Of a DNA stretch of 64,000 nt, positions 37,902-48,878 are shown piece after piece. Origin of the DNA: Balamuthia mandrillaris (lineage: Eukaryota). The notes under the pieces were generated by a model that did not search any database, was not told the DNA's origin, and saw nothing but the letters and a program-made list of their open reading frames with translations. Every line of letters starts with the position of its first letter. The first letter of the stretch is position 1. The DNA lies in contig JAVKOQ020000057.1 in assembly GCA_031835245.2 (NCBI GenBank), forward strand, positions 62,001 to 126,000, given 5' to 3'. The translations under genes were made by a program, and so were the position numbers.

Positions 37902-39486
37902 TTACAGAGCTTTGGCAGCGTTCCAGATGCGGTTCCTCACTCCCAGAACCAAGCCCAGGTCCTTGAGATCATCCAAAGAGAGGTGCTTCACGTCCTGCAA
38001 GGTCCGGATGCAGTTCTCCTTGAAGACCTGCACGACCTGCTGGAGCAAGTCGGAGGGAACGATGGCATGCAAGAAAGAGCATACAGCTTCCTCTTCTCCT
38101 TCTTGTTGACGAGGTTGCTGATGTCCTTCCTGCTTCACTCCTTGCTGGATTTTCTCTTTCATCCGTTCTTCTTGAGTTGCGTCTTTCGCTTCTTCTTGTT
38201 GTTGTTGGCTAAACCGGAATAATTCCTCTTCTTCTTCTTCTTTTGCCTCTGGTAGTTCTTTCTCTTTGGGGTGCTCCGTTTCCTCTTTGACTTCAGCATG
38301 CTGTTGTTGGCTAAAGCGGAACAGCTCCTCTTCCTCTGATTCATTATCCTCTCTCTGCTGCTCGCTTCCGCTTGGTTTGTGCTCCTCTTTCACTTTTTCT
38401 TCTTTCGCTTTCTTCTGCGGCAGCCCTTCTTCAACAGCCTCTTTAGCATCTTCATCCCGCTCTCCTTCCTCTTTCTGTTGTCCTTCTGTAGTCTTTGCAG
38501 AGAAGCAAAAGTTTAGCAAAAAGAAAGAAGAAAAGGAAGAACGCAGAAGAAGACAAACTGTTTTTTGTAGTTTTGCTTTTCGGGGGCTGACTGACGTTCG
38601 CGACGAAAAAGAAGATGCTCTTTTGTTTCTGCCCTTCTTTTTGGTGTTGCTGGTCGCTTTTCTTTGTCGTTTCTCCTCTGCTTTGGCTATCTTTTGCAGA
38701 AGAGGCCCATCCAAACCGAAGACAAGAAGTTCGGCCAGGTCCTGTGTCTTCTCCAACTTGTGGGTGTCAATGGAGGAAAGGAACATCAGCTCGTGCAGGT
38801 TGTGGACTTGAGAGAGGACATGAACGAGACTGGCAGTCATGATGGCGTCCTTCAACTGCCTTATCCTTTGGATATGGTCCATCGTTTCGTCCGTCTGTAT
38901 TTCATATTCCTGCAGAAGAGTAAGAACAAAGGACAAAAAGCAAGAAAAGAGAACTTAGGAGAAGAAGAAGACGACGCAGAAGAGCACGATAAAAGAGAAA
39001 GAAATCAAAACGACAAAAGCGAGAATGACGAGGATAGCAAACCCGTTCAAAGGCTGCCAGCAAGGGCTTATCAATGGCAAACATGCCCACAAGGTGCAGC
39101 ACAAAGTCATCCTTGCCATCCCGCCGCAACCGGTCGGCCAGCCGCTTGACATGACCAGAGTCGCTCCGCCTCGCGCTCAAGTTCTCGAGGAGGTGCAGCT
39201 CTGTGGTGTACTTCAGGATAACGTCCGCGCTGGGCATGATGGCCAGCGTGAAGCGACGAACAGCCTCCGCAAAGACCACGCTCTCAAGCTCGCGAAGGAC
39301 TTGCTCCTCTGCTTCTTTCTCTTCATCCGCCTCATTGCGGTTACGATCGTTGGGTTGTGCGGAGAGATACTTTTGCTTCACGTTGTTGCGTTTGATTAGC
39401 AAGAGCTGCTTGCGAGCGGCGGGGCAGAAGGAGGACAGAACCTCATGGATAGGTCGTGCCGTCCTCCTCTGTCCAACTGCTTCCAT
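37902..39486 (-). CDS. Hypothetical protein with a C-terminal SAM domain (multi-exon)
   Basis: VCSFLHAI...FKENCI...LSLDDLKDLGLVLGVRNRIW. Confidence 0.7.
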
Positions 39487-39953
39487 TCCTTTGTATCTAC
39501 TGTCTTGTTCTTCGCGTTATCTTTTTCCACAATAAAAATGGCGGGAAATATAGCCGTTATAACGCAACGGAAACAAAGTCGGAATGATGGGCAAGCGGAA
39601 GCTCTCCGCGCGCCTGTGCCATGCCCTGATGTTCGATTCTTCGTGGAAGCAGATGAGTCCTATCTGTTTTTCCCCATAGTAGAATATAATATCCTAGGGT
39701 GTTTAGACCCTAGGGGGTTTGGTTATCTCTGTCTCGGTGGCGAACACCATAATGCAAAGAAGTCGAGTTTAAGTGAATACTTTTGTCGGTATGTTGAGCA
39801 GCCCGTACGATCGAAAATCAGCGAACAATCGAATGTCGAATCAGTCATCTGAAAGGACAGGTGCAAGAAGGGCACAGGGCAAGAACTGTCGACAGCCCAA
39901 CGGTGAATGAGAAGTGGGATAGGGCCATTACACAAGAACTGGTGTGCTCGGTC

Positions 39954-40072
39954 GGATACGGCCATACTGCGGAGAAAGCACCGCTTCCCGTCCGATCAGC
40001 GAAGTTAAGCTCCGCCAGGCGATGTTAGTACTGGGGTGGGTGACCACCCGGGAATCCATCGTGCTGTATCCT
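39954..40072 (+). rRNA. 5S rRNA
   Basis: 119 nt GGATACGGCCATACTGCG...AGTTAAGC...TTAGTACTGGGGTGGGTGACCACCCGGGAA...GTATCCT with complementary ends and a downstream poly-T terminator. Confidence 0.96.
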
Positions 40073-40461
40073 CCCTTTTTTTTTCTGTTGCTATCTTTAC
40101 CCTTTTCTTCGCTCCTCGCTGTTCCCTCATGTCGACAATCATATTTTGTGTCGACGGATGCATGCATACACGGAGGGCATGCGTCGAACCCGCGGACGTC
40201 GGACGGGAGGCACCAGTTTTGTTTTTGGTAAGTAACCAACGGTAACAACAGGCCACAACGACGGAGAGAGAAGAGCGCGCCCAGAGAGAAGAGAGGAGAG
40301 AGCACAGCCACCACCACACCGCCACAGCCAAGGAGAGGAGAAAAGACAGAGGAGAAGAGAAGAGAGACCTTTCTCCCGCTCCGCTCGCCGCACCACGGAC
40401 GGTGTAACGTCTCTTTGCGCAGCTATTGATAAAACAATCATCTCAACAAAACAAAAAAAAA

Positions 40462-41925
40462 ATGAGTTCCCCTTCCTCTTCTTCTGCTTCTCCACCCTCC
40501 ACCCTGCTTCCTCCGTCTCCAATGGATGCCACCACCCCAGCTTCCTCCTCCTCCTCCTCCTCGCTTACTTCCACCTCCCCTGCAGTTCTCAGCCGCGGCT
40601 TGGCCCTCCCTTCGCCCCCTCCCTCCTCTGATGCATCCTTAGACTCTGCTACCGCCCTCCATCTTGACGCTCACACTGCCACTACTTCTCCTCTTATTGC
40701 ATCTGCTGCCACCACTCCCAGAAAATTGATCTCCAAGCAGGAGGCCCTCAAGAACCAGTGGGAGGAGAGGTACAGGGAGCTCAAGGCCTTCAAGGAGGAG
40801 CACGGCCACACCAACATCCCCCAACGCTCCACCGAGTTTCGCAGCCTGGGCATCTGGCTCAAGACGCAGCGCAGCAAGAAGCGGGCCGGCCGCCTGGACG
40901 TGGAGAAGCAGCAGAAGCTGGACGAGCTGGGCATCAGCTGGGGCATCTCCAGGGAGAGCAGCATGCAGTCGGAGGAGATTTGGGAGGCCAAGTTCGAGGC
41001 CCTGAAGCTCTACAAAAAGAAGTTTGGGCATTGCAACGTGCCTTCCACTCCCGCTTCTGAAGGTTCACCTTTATTTTTTTCTATCGCTTTCTCTTTTTCT
41101 TTTTTTCTTTGTTCTTTTCTCTTTTTTCCTTCTCTTATTTTCTTATATTGAATTCTTCCATGCTGAATACCCTGCCCAACAGGAAACGAATACGAGACGT
41201 TGGGCGTCTGGCTGAAGCATCAACGCAGCAACAAGCGAAAGGGCAAGTTGCGCAAGGAACGCAAGCGCAAGCTCAAAAAGCTGGGCGTCATTTGGGAGCC
41301 CAAGAAACAAATGGAGAAGATCAAGCGTATGAAGATGAAACAAAGCAAACGACTCAAGACCGATGCAACACAACTGCACGAAGGAGTTGGCGGCGAAATG
41401 GAAGGAGTAGGAGAGAGCAGCATGGCCACAACTTCCACATCGACTACTTCTGTTTTTGGAGGCGAGAGCAGCTCTTCGTCCACTTCTTCAGTGGACTCAA
41501 GTTTAGTAGGAGACATGGGATTAGCCTCAGACGTACTACAAAGGTTCAAGTACTCCACTAAAACTAACCCTTACCTGACTGGCGGCGCTTCAACAACAAC
41601 TAACATCATCGACAGCAACAACAGTCACAAAAGGAAGAAATCGGGAGGAGGTGAAGAAGACGAAGAAGAAGAAAGCAACAGCGAAGAAGATGAAGAGGAA
41701 GAAGAAGAGTTGATGGCAAATATGACAGCAGATTACAACAAGTTAGTAAGAGAGGTAATAACTCTCAGGCAAGGCCTCAAGCAGATTCCTGCGCTGAAAG
41801 CGGAGCTGCAATCGCTGAGACAGCTGCACGAGCATGAGGTGGCGGAGATGAATAAAGAGGTGGAAAGGTTGAAGCAGCAGGTCAAGGTCATGATAGAGGC
41901 ACATACCTCTTCTTTGCAGATATAG
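40462..41925 (+). CDS. Protein with two helicase-associated (HA) domains and a C-terminal coiled coil
   Basis: WEERYRELKAFKEEHGHTNIP...LGIWLKTQR...LDELGISW occurs twice; one intron at about 41063-41182. Confidence 0.85.
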
Positions 41926-42122
41926 ACTGTTATTTCAGTTTTTAGTTTTAATATAGATTGTAACGAAGATTTATACAGGTTTTAGTTTTAAGCTTTTCTT
42001 TCTACCTATTGGCGCTTCTTAAACGAAGGGGTAGACTTGCGACCTTCCTCGTGTGCGCTGATAGGAAGGTAATAGATGGTAACGTTGGCAAGGCGGTTGC
42101 TCCCCGAGAAAGATCTCTTGTA

Positions 42123-43655
42123 TCATCCGCTTTGCACGCAAGAGGCTGCCCTCAAACTCCTGCTCAGCTTCAGGTGCTCACGCAGCTTGCGTCGTGTTTG
42201 TTTGTCGGTCGGACAAGGCGGCTGTGCCTCCATACACATCCAACGCAACAACTTCCACCGCCCAAACCGGGCCGCCGTGTGGCTTGTCTCACAGCCCCAC
42301 ATACAGGGCGGCTGCGCCTCCTCCCGCATCCAACGCAACATGGCCCTCCTGTTTTTTGGAGCCTTCACAGCAGCTTCAGTCGTTGCGATGCCCCAACGAA
42401 ATGGCGGGTTCACCTCCATGCGAAGGAACTTGAGCATCTCCAGATGTCCCTTGCTGGCCGCTCTCTCGCAAACGCTCCCGAAACGGTCACTGTTGTGTAG
42501 GGCCTCTGCTCCTCGCTCTTGCACCAACCAACGCATCACATCGACGTGCCCGCCTTCTGCCACCCCACCCACTGCGCTGTCCTCCCAGGGACATCCCACA
42601 GCAAATAGCCATTGCAGGACCTGAAGCTGCCCTCCTGCGGCAGCCCGCGCTGAGACCACCCTGTCCAACTTGCCCCCACGGGCCACCAGCCATTGCAAAG
42701 CCTCCAGGTGGCCCCCACCGGCTGCTGCGGCGCAGGCTTGCCTCTCTCCGTCGAAGACAAGGCCAAGCTTGTCCTGCAACCACTACAAAATGTCCACCCT
42801 GCCTCCTTCTGCTGCCGCGTTGAAGAGCAGAAGCGTTTTTGCCGTGCTGGCGGGCTGGTGGCCAAGCTCCTCCACAACCCATTGCAGCAAGTGAAAGTGA
42901 CCCCCTTCCGCAGCAGAACATAATACGCACTCGAAGAAGCGTGGCACATCCAAGTGCTCGGTGAACAGCTCCTGCTGGTTTTTGGTGCTGTCTTCTCCGT
43001 CGCCTGGGGCATGGGCATGAACAGCGGCAGCCTTCCTTGCTTCAAGCCCGTGCTTCATCCACTTCAACGTCTCCAACTGTCCGCCACGAGCTGCGGCTGC
43101 CACGCAAGAGGAGCAGAACACATCCTTGAGCACACCGCCTTTCAGTGGAGTGCTGGCCATCCATTGAAGAATGTGAGTGTGGCCGGCAAAAGCCGCAGTG
43201 TCAAGCACTTGGAACTCGAAGCTGCCTATTTGCCAGCTTTCCAAGTGTTGGTGGAGCCACTGGAGGACTTGCAAGTGCCCCGCTTTTGCTGCCTCTTCGG
43301 TCAAGCGCTGTGCCTTTCCAAGCTGGTACCAAGGCAGGCCATGGGCCAGAGCTTGCAGCGCGTGCACACGCCCTGTGGCTGCCGCCACCAGGAAGAGCTT
43401 CTTTCGAGGAACGGCCAACAACCCGCACCCCGTTGCCCACTCCCAGAGCGTGTCCGCTTCGTTGTTGTTTGGCGCAAGGGCAAGGATGGTTCTTGCTCCG
43501 AGGCGGTTCCTTCTGTCCGGCGGGATGCACTCCCGCCAGCGACGGCAAACTTGGGAGAGCAGCCCAGCCAGGCCCTCTGGCAGCAGCTCGGTGAGTATGA
43601 AGCTGAGGAGCTCCTCGGGGAGCTCGTCCACAACCGCAGCGTCGTTCTCGCTCAT
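42123..43655 (-). pseudogene. Inverted paralog of the F-box-ankyrin gene at 16328 with one in-frame TAG
   Basis: Near-identical protein. GGRVDIL-E-WLQDK in copy 1 reads GGRVDIL-TAG-WLQDK here (stop at 42783-42785), and the frame continues to 42123. Confidence 0.8.
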
Positions 43656-43796
43656 TTGCTTCCTCGGTTCTTCCACTTGGGCAGTTTTTTAATACAGTGC
43701 ATTTTCTCCGAACGCAACGAATGAAGTCTTCCAGAAGGTTGTTTGCAACCTTCTTACCATCTTGTTCTTCTTCGCCATACGTCAGTTTTTCAGCTA

Positions 43797-43919
43797 CCGA
43801 GTTTGGCCAGCTCACTGCACTCACCCATTGCGACCTCTCCGACAACCATTTGAAACGGACACCTTCTGGGTTATCGGAGAGGTTGCAGTGAGTGAGGGCG
43901 GTGAGCTGGCCAAACTCGG
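43797..43919. repeat. 51-bp imperfect inverted repeat of two LRR-coding units
   Basis: Arms 43797-43847 and 43869-43919 pair at 45/51 positions; each encodes EFGQLTALTHC(D/N)LSDN. Confidence 0.85.
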
Positions 43920-44516
43920 AGGGCAATTGCGTCAAGCCAGCTGCCGTGGTGGGGGTTGGAGAGCGCGGTTGCAGGTGGTGGCATGAGCAAAGGGTTTTCG
44001 CGATCCCCTTTGAAACACTAGCCGGTGGTAGTGCCTCCCTCCCTTTTCGTTGTCCCGCTGATCATACAAAAAAAAAAGTAGTGAGTTCGTGAAAAAGAGC
44101 TCTTTGTGAGCAGATTTTTTTTGATTCATCAAGAAAAAAGGGAGGTGAGTTTTGCAGCCCCGCCAGCGTGTACAAAAAATAAAGAAAGCCCCAACCCGCG
44201 GCTCCCACCTAGGCGTCCCCCTTTTTGCTGGTTTTCGTCCTTGTGTGGCCCTCCGGAGGCTAGTGTGTGTAGTGTTTCCCCTTTTTTGAAGGAAAAGAAA
44301 GAAAGGAAAAAGAAAATCGAGGGAGAGGGAGCAGGGAGACGAGCAAGGACAGGAGCGAAGAGAAGAGCAAGGACAGGGGAGAGGTGAGGAGCAAGGACAG
44401 GAGCGAGGAGAAGAGACAAAAGAGACGTCATCCCTTGTGCTGTAATCAAGGTCAAGTTCTTCAGGCCAGCAGGGGGGCAAAAACGAAAGAAAGAGAAGAA
44501 AAGAACCAAAAAATAA

Positions 44517-44551
44517 TGGGTAATGGATCGCTGCCTGCTGCTGTGGCTCTA

Positions 44552-44598
<47 letters not shown>

Positions 44599-45824
44599 CT
44601 TGCCGTTTTTGGGGTCTTACTTGGACTTTGTTTTTCTTTTTCAAAAAAACAAACAGAGGTTTCTTCCACATCGACCGGGTTGAAGACGATCCATCCCTCC
44701 ATCGCCAAATTGGTCACGCTTCTAGACAACCCGGACGCCAGCACCCAAGTCAAAGCCCTCAAATCGATCTTTAGCCTCGGTCGCAATGGTACGCTTCACT
44801 CGATCTTTTTCTTTTTGTTAAAAAAATAATAGTAACAAAAAAAACACGAAATGAATAATAATAGCTCGCAACAGAAAACATTTGATGGAGGCGGAGGCTC
44901 ACAAACTCATCCTCAGCAAGTGCGCCAGTCCCAGCGAGGAGGTGAAGGAAAATATCGGCAAAGCATTGTTTTCGTTGGCTGAAGAAGGTTTTTGTTCACT
45001 GCTTCCTGTTTTGCAACGTTCAGTTTTTTTAAACCAGTGTGTGATATTTGATAGAGCCTTATGCTGACCAGATCGGACGTGTTGGCATCGGTTCGTTTCT
45101 TCTCATCTTCTCAGCTTCGCTAGACGCTTTTCTCAGCTTCTCGTTCTCTCTGCTTCTACTTCTCTGCTTCTCTCCTCATTCTCTCGTTCTCTCAGAGCTC
45201 TTTATTCATTTCTTCTTTTCGTTTTTCCTTCATTCTGCACTCTTCTTTCTTGCCTCCTCTACTAAAACTACTATACTGTAACAACGATGAAGTCGAGCTG
45301 TTGAACCTGCTTTCTTCGTCGAATCCCGATACCATCATAAATACCTCCAAGGCATTGCTGCAACTCGGCCGAACGGGTTTCTAGCTTTCTTTCCTCTCTT
45401 TGCTGTTAAAATGCCTTTTATGACTCTCTCCTTTCTTATTTTTATTTTTTTTTGTGGCTTCTATTCAACAGCCCAAAATAGAAACTTGCTTTTGCAGTAC
45501 AACGGGTTGACGAAACTGGTCTCGCTACTCGGACACGAGAACGAATGGGTTAAGCTTCAAGCCACCAAGACTTTAATGACTGTATTCTCCGATGGTATGA
45601 GGGATCTCTTGTCTTTTGCTTTTCTTACTGTTTTTGTCCTGTGTTATGCGTTTTGTTTTCCTTCTTTTCCTGTTTTTGCTTTCTTTTTCTTTTATCCAAT
45701 TGTCTTGTGTCTAACAGGACCAGAACTTGGAAACGAACTCGATGCTCAAACGCTTGGCCATATCTACGTCCACTTTGAGAAGCACATTCTGGAGCAAGGC
45801 GGATTTGATACTTCAAGCTTTTGA
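44517..45824 (+). CDS. Small Armadillo/HEAT-repeat protein (multi-exon; start uncertain)
   Basis: IAKLVTLLDNPDASTQVKALKSIFSL, LLNLLSSSNPDTIINTSKALLQL, NRNLLLQYNGLTKLVSLLGHENEWVKLQATKTL in short exons. Confidence 0.65.
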
Positions 45825-46065
45825 ACTCTTGCTCTTATGTTCTCCTTTGACCAATCCACAGATCTGTATTATTAACCAAAGCTTCTCCTTTTTCTCATTC
45901 CATTCTTCCTTCTACCCTCTTCTTTGATAACGCAAAAACCACACGAGCTGCAGAGACTTGTAAAGATGTTGACTTGGGATTTATTTGCATAGACATTGGG
46001 GTGAGTGGCGCCATAACTGACACGGAAGAGGAAGGTTCCAAAGCGTTCCACAGTCACACCATCCA

Positions 46066-46327
46066 TTATCTTCCGAGCTGGGCACTTACTCCAATACCAG
46101 CTCCTCCCAGTTGACCGCTAGCTCCAGTACCAGCTCCAGCACCAGCGCCAGCGCCAGTACCTCCGAGCTGAGCGCTCGCACCAGTTTCAGTGCCTCCCAC
46201 CTGGGCGCCAGCACCAGTTTGGGTTCCGGTACCTCCCTGTTGTTGTTGGGGTTGCTGTTGTTGCTGTTGTGGTTGTTGCTGTGCTTGTGGTTGTTGTTGT
46301 GGTTGTGTTTGTTGCTGTTGCTGCTGC

Positions 46328-46359
<32 letters not shown>

Positions 46360-48286
46360 GTTGAGGAACGAAAGCACTTGAGTGGCGCAGTTGGTGAAGA
46401 AGATTCTCACTTGTTCCTGCAATGGTTGCTGTTGTTGCTGACCTCCCATCAGGGCTGTAAGTTCAGGCGGCTGCGTGATGAAGAAGGCGGTGATCAACTG
46501 CTGTTCTTGCTGTTGCCTTTTTCCGATGCTTGCTCCGAAGCCTGCGCCATTGTCACCGCCTCCAAGGCCAGCTTGGAAACCTGCTCCAGCGCCTCCAGCT
46601 CCAGCTTGAAAGCCTGCTCCAGTGCCTCCGATGCCAGCTCCGGCTCCAACTCCAGTTCCTCCAGCCCCAACTTGGGCACCTGTTCCAGCTCCGCCAAGAC
46701 CCGCTTGGAAACCGGCGCCAGTTTGTTGCTGACCCGTTTGTTGTGGTTGCTGTTGTTGTTGTTGTGGTTGTTGCTGTGCTTGTTGTGGCTGTTGTTGGCC
46801 AGCTTGCTGGGGTTGTTGTTGCTGTTGTCCAGCTTGTTGTTGCATTTGTTGTTGCTGACCAGCTTGTTGTGGTTGTTGTTGTTGCTGCAGGAGCTGTTCT
46901 TGCCCTGCACTCATCAAGATCTGTTGGACGTCCTCCTGAGAGATGCCGGCCCAGTCGCGCCTCTCGTAGGGGTTGAGCACGAAGGGCGAAACGGCCTGCT
47001 GACCGCCCACGCCTCTCACTTGCACGGCCACAGGGAAAGGAGCAGCGGCGGCCGTGTGCCAGAAGGCCATGCCCACCTCGCCTTGGCTGACGTCTTGAGG
47101 AGGAAGCTCCGCGCGTTCGTAGAGGAGGGCCAGAGGCAGGTTGATGGATTGCTGCATGCCGGTCGGCTGGTAGGGAGCTTGGAAGGCGGCCACCAAGTTA
47201 TCCATCGCGGACATCATGGTTTGTTGCTGCTGTTGCTGTGGTTGTTGCTGTTGAATCTGCTGACCGATGGACAGCGGCTGTTGTTGCTGCTGTTGTCCTT
47301 GGACTTGGATGCGGTGAGAGACGACCAAGTAGTGCACGTACTGGTTGCCTTGTTGCTGCCTCTGCTGAGGCAACTGCACAGAGACTCCCAAGCCGCCTCC
47401 TGTTCCTTGTTGACCTCCTCCTCCGACACCAGCGCCAGTTTCAGTTCCGGCTCCCGTGCCTCCGATCTGAGCACCGGTTTCAGTTGTTCCAAGTTGAATG
47501 CCCGCTCCGGTTCCTTGTTGGGCGCCAGTTCCGGTTTGTTGCTGACCAGCTTGTTGTGGTTGCTGCTGCTGTTGTTCTGTTCCGGTTGGTTGCTGACCCA
47601 TTTGTTGTGGTTGTGGTTGTTGTTGTTGTTGTGGCTGTTGTTGCTGCTGCTGTTGTTGTTCTGTTCCGGTTGGTTGCTGACCCATTTGTTGTGGTGGTGC
47701 TTGTCCCATAAGGTCAAAGTTGACCAACGCGGTGAAAGCAGGACATTGGCCTTGCTGCTGCAGCTGCTGCAGTCCCATTTGTTGGCCGCCAGCTCCGGTT
47801 CCTTGTTGGGCGCCAGTTCCGGTTTGTTGCTGACCCATTTGTTGTGGTTGTTGTTGTTGTTGCGGTTGTTGCTGTTGTTGTTGTTGTTGTGTGTTGTGGT
47901 TGTGGTTGTTGTTGTTGTTGCTGCTGCTGCTGCTGCTGCATTTGCTGCTGTTGTTGTCGAGTGAAGATGCTAACCGGCACTTCGGAGTTCATCTCGGTAC
48001 CGCAGGGCACGTCGTTGATCACGCGGCACTCCTCTGGCTGCAGGCCCACAACGCTCTGGCCCCCAACGTCCATGTCGAGCACCAGGTCAACCGCCAGCGC
48101 GTTCACCACGATCACTTGGCAGGTTTGTTGTTGCTCCTGCTGCTGTTGTTGAAGCTGTTGAAGCTGCTGCGGTTGTTGCTGTTGTTCAGCAGATGGAGTG
48201 GACGTGAGCCCTTGCTGCATTTGGACCTGAGCAAAGCTCGAGGTGACCAGAATGGCCACCGAGAAGAGAGCGAAGAACGTGTGCAT
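46066..48286 (-). CDS. Secreted Gln/Gly-rich low-complexity protein, intronless, with an apparent frameshift near 47890
   Basis: Signal peptide MHTFFALFSVAILVTSSFA; polyQ and GTGAG repeats; ORFs 47714-48286 and 46066-47838 join across a (CAA)n tract. Confidence 0.75.
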
Positions 48287-48878
48287 CGAAACGGATGTGA
48301 GGTTTGTGTTCTCGTTTGTGTGCTGTTCTCGTTTGTGTTGTTTTGTCGTTTGTGCGGCGAATGAAGTGATGATGAACGGAACAGCAGAAGCAAACTATTT
48401 AAATGGTTTGGTGGACGGGACGGGAGCTTCATATGTTTACGGATTGGCGGGAGCACATCACAAGTTCGAACAAGAAGAGGACAAGAACAGAGCAAACACA
48501 CCGGAAAGAGACAGAAGAGACAATACCATTGGCTTCATTATAAGCATATGAGACGACTTTTCAGTTTCCCTTTGCCAGTCTTTCATCTTTCTGTCAGTTT
48601 TATTTTTTCTTCAATACCATTCTCTCATTCGCTGCTTTGCATCCATCCTTTACTTTAAGCACCATCCAAAAGTTTCAAGCAAAAAAATAAAATAAATAAA
48701 AACAGAAAGAAAGGATGGAAAAACCAAAGAAAAAAAAAAAACAAAAACAAATTTCACTATATTACTTTCGAGACGACATGAAATTCAATGTCGTCTTAGA
48801 AAATTGACCATTCTTCGCGTCGTCGTGATTGGTCACGGGACGTCACGAGTTTTAGCGTAGCGAAAGAGTAGCGAGAAG

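Noticed and set aside
42783..42785. Stop-codon recoding (TAG read-through)
   Set aside because: A single GAG>TAG change relative to the paralog; TAG terminates other genes here (e.g. 29705, 41925), so mutation or sequencing error is simpler.
46111..47964. 617-aa Leu-rich plus-strand ORF
   Set aside because: Antisense shadow of the CAA/CAG-rich secreted protein gene.
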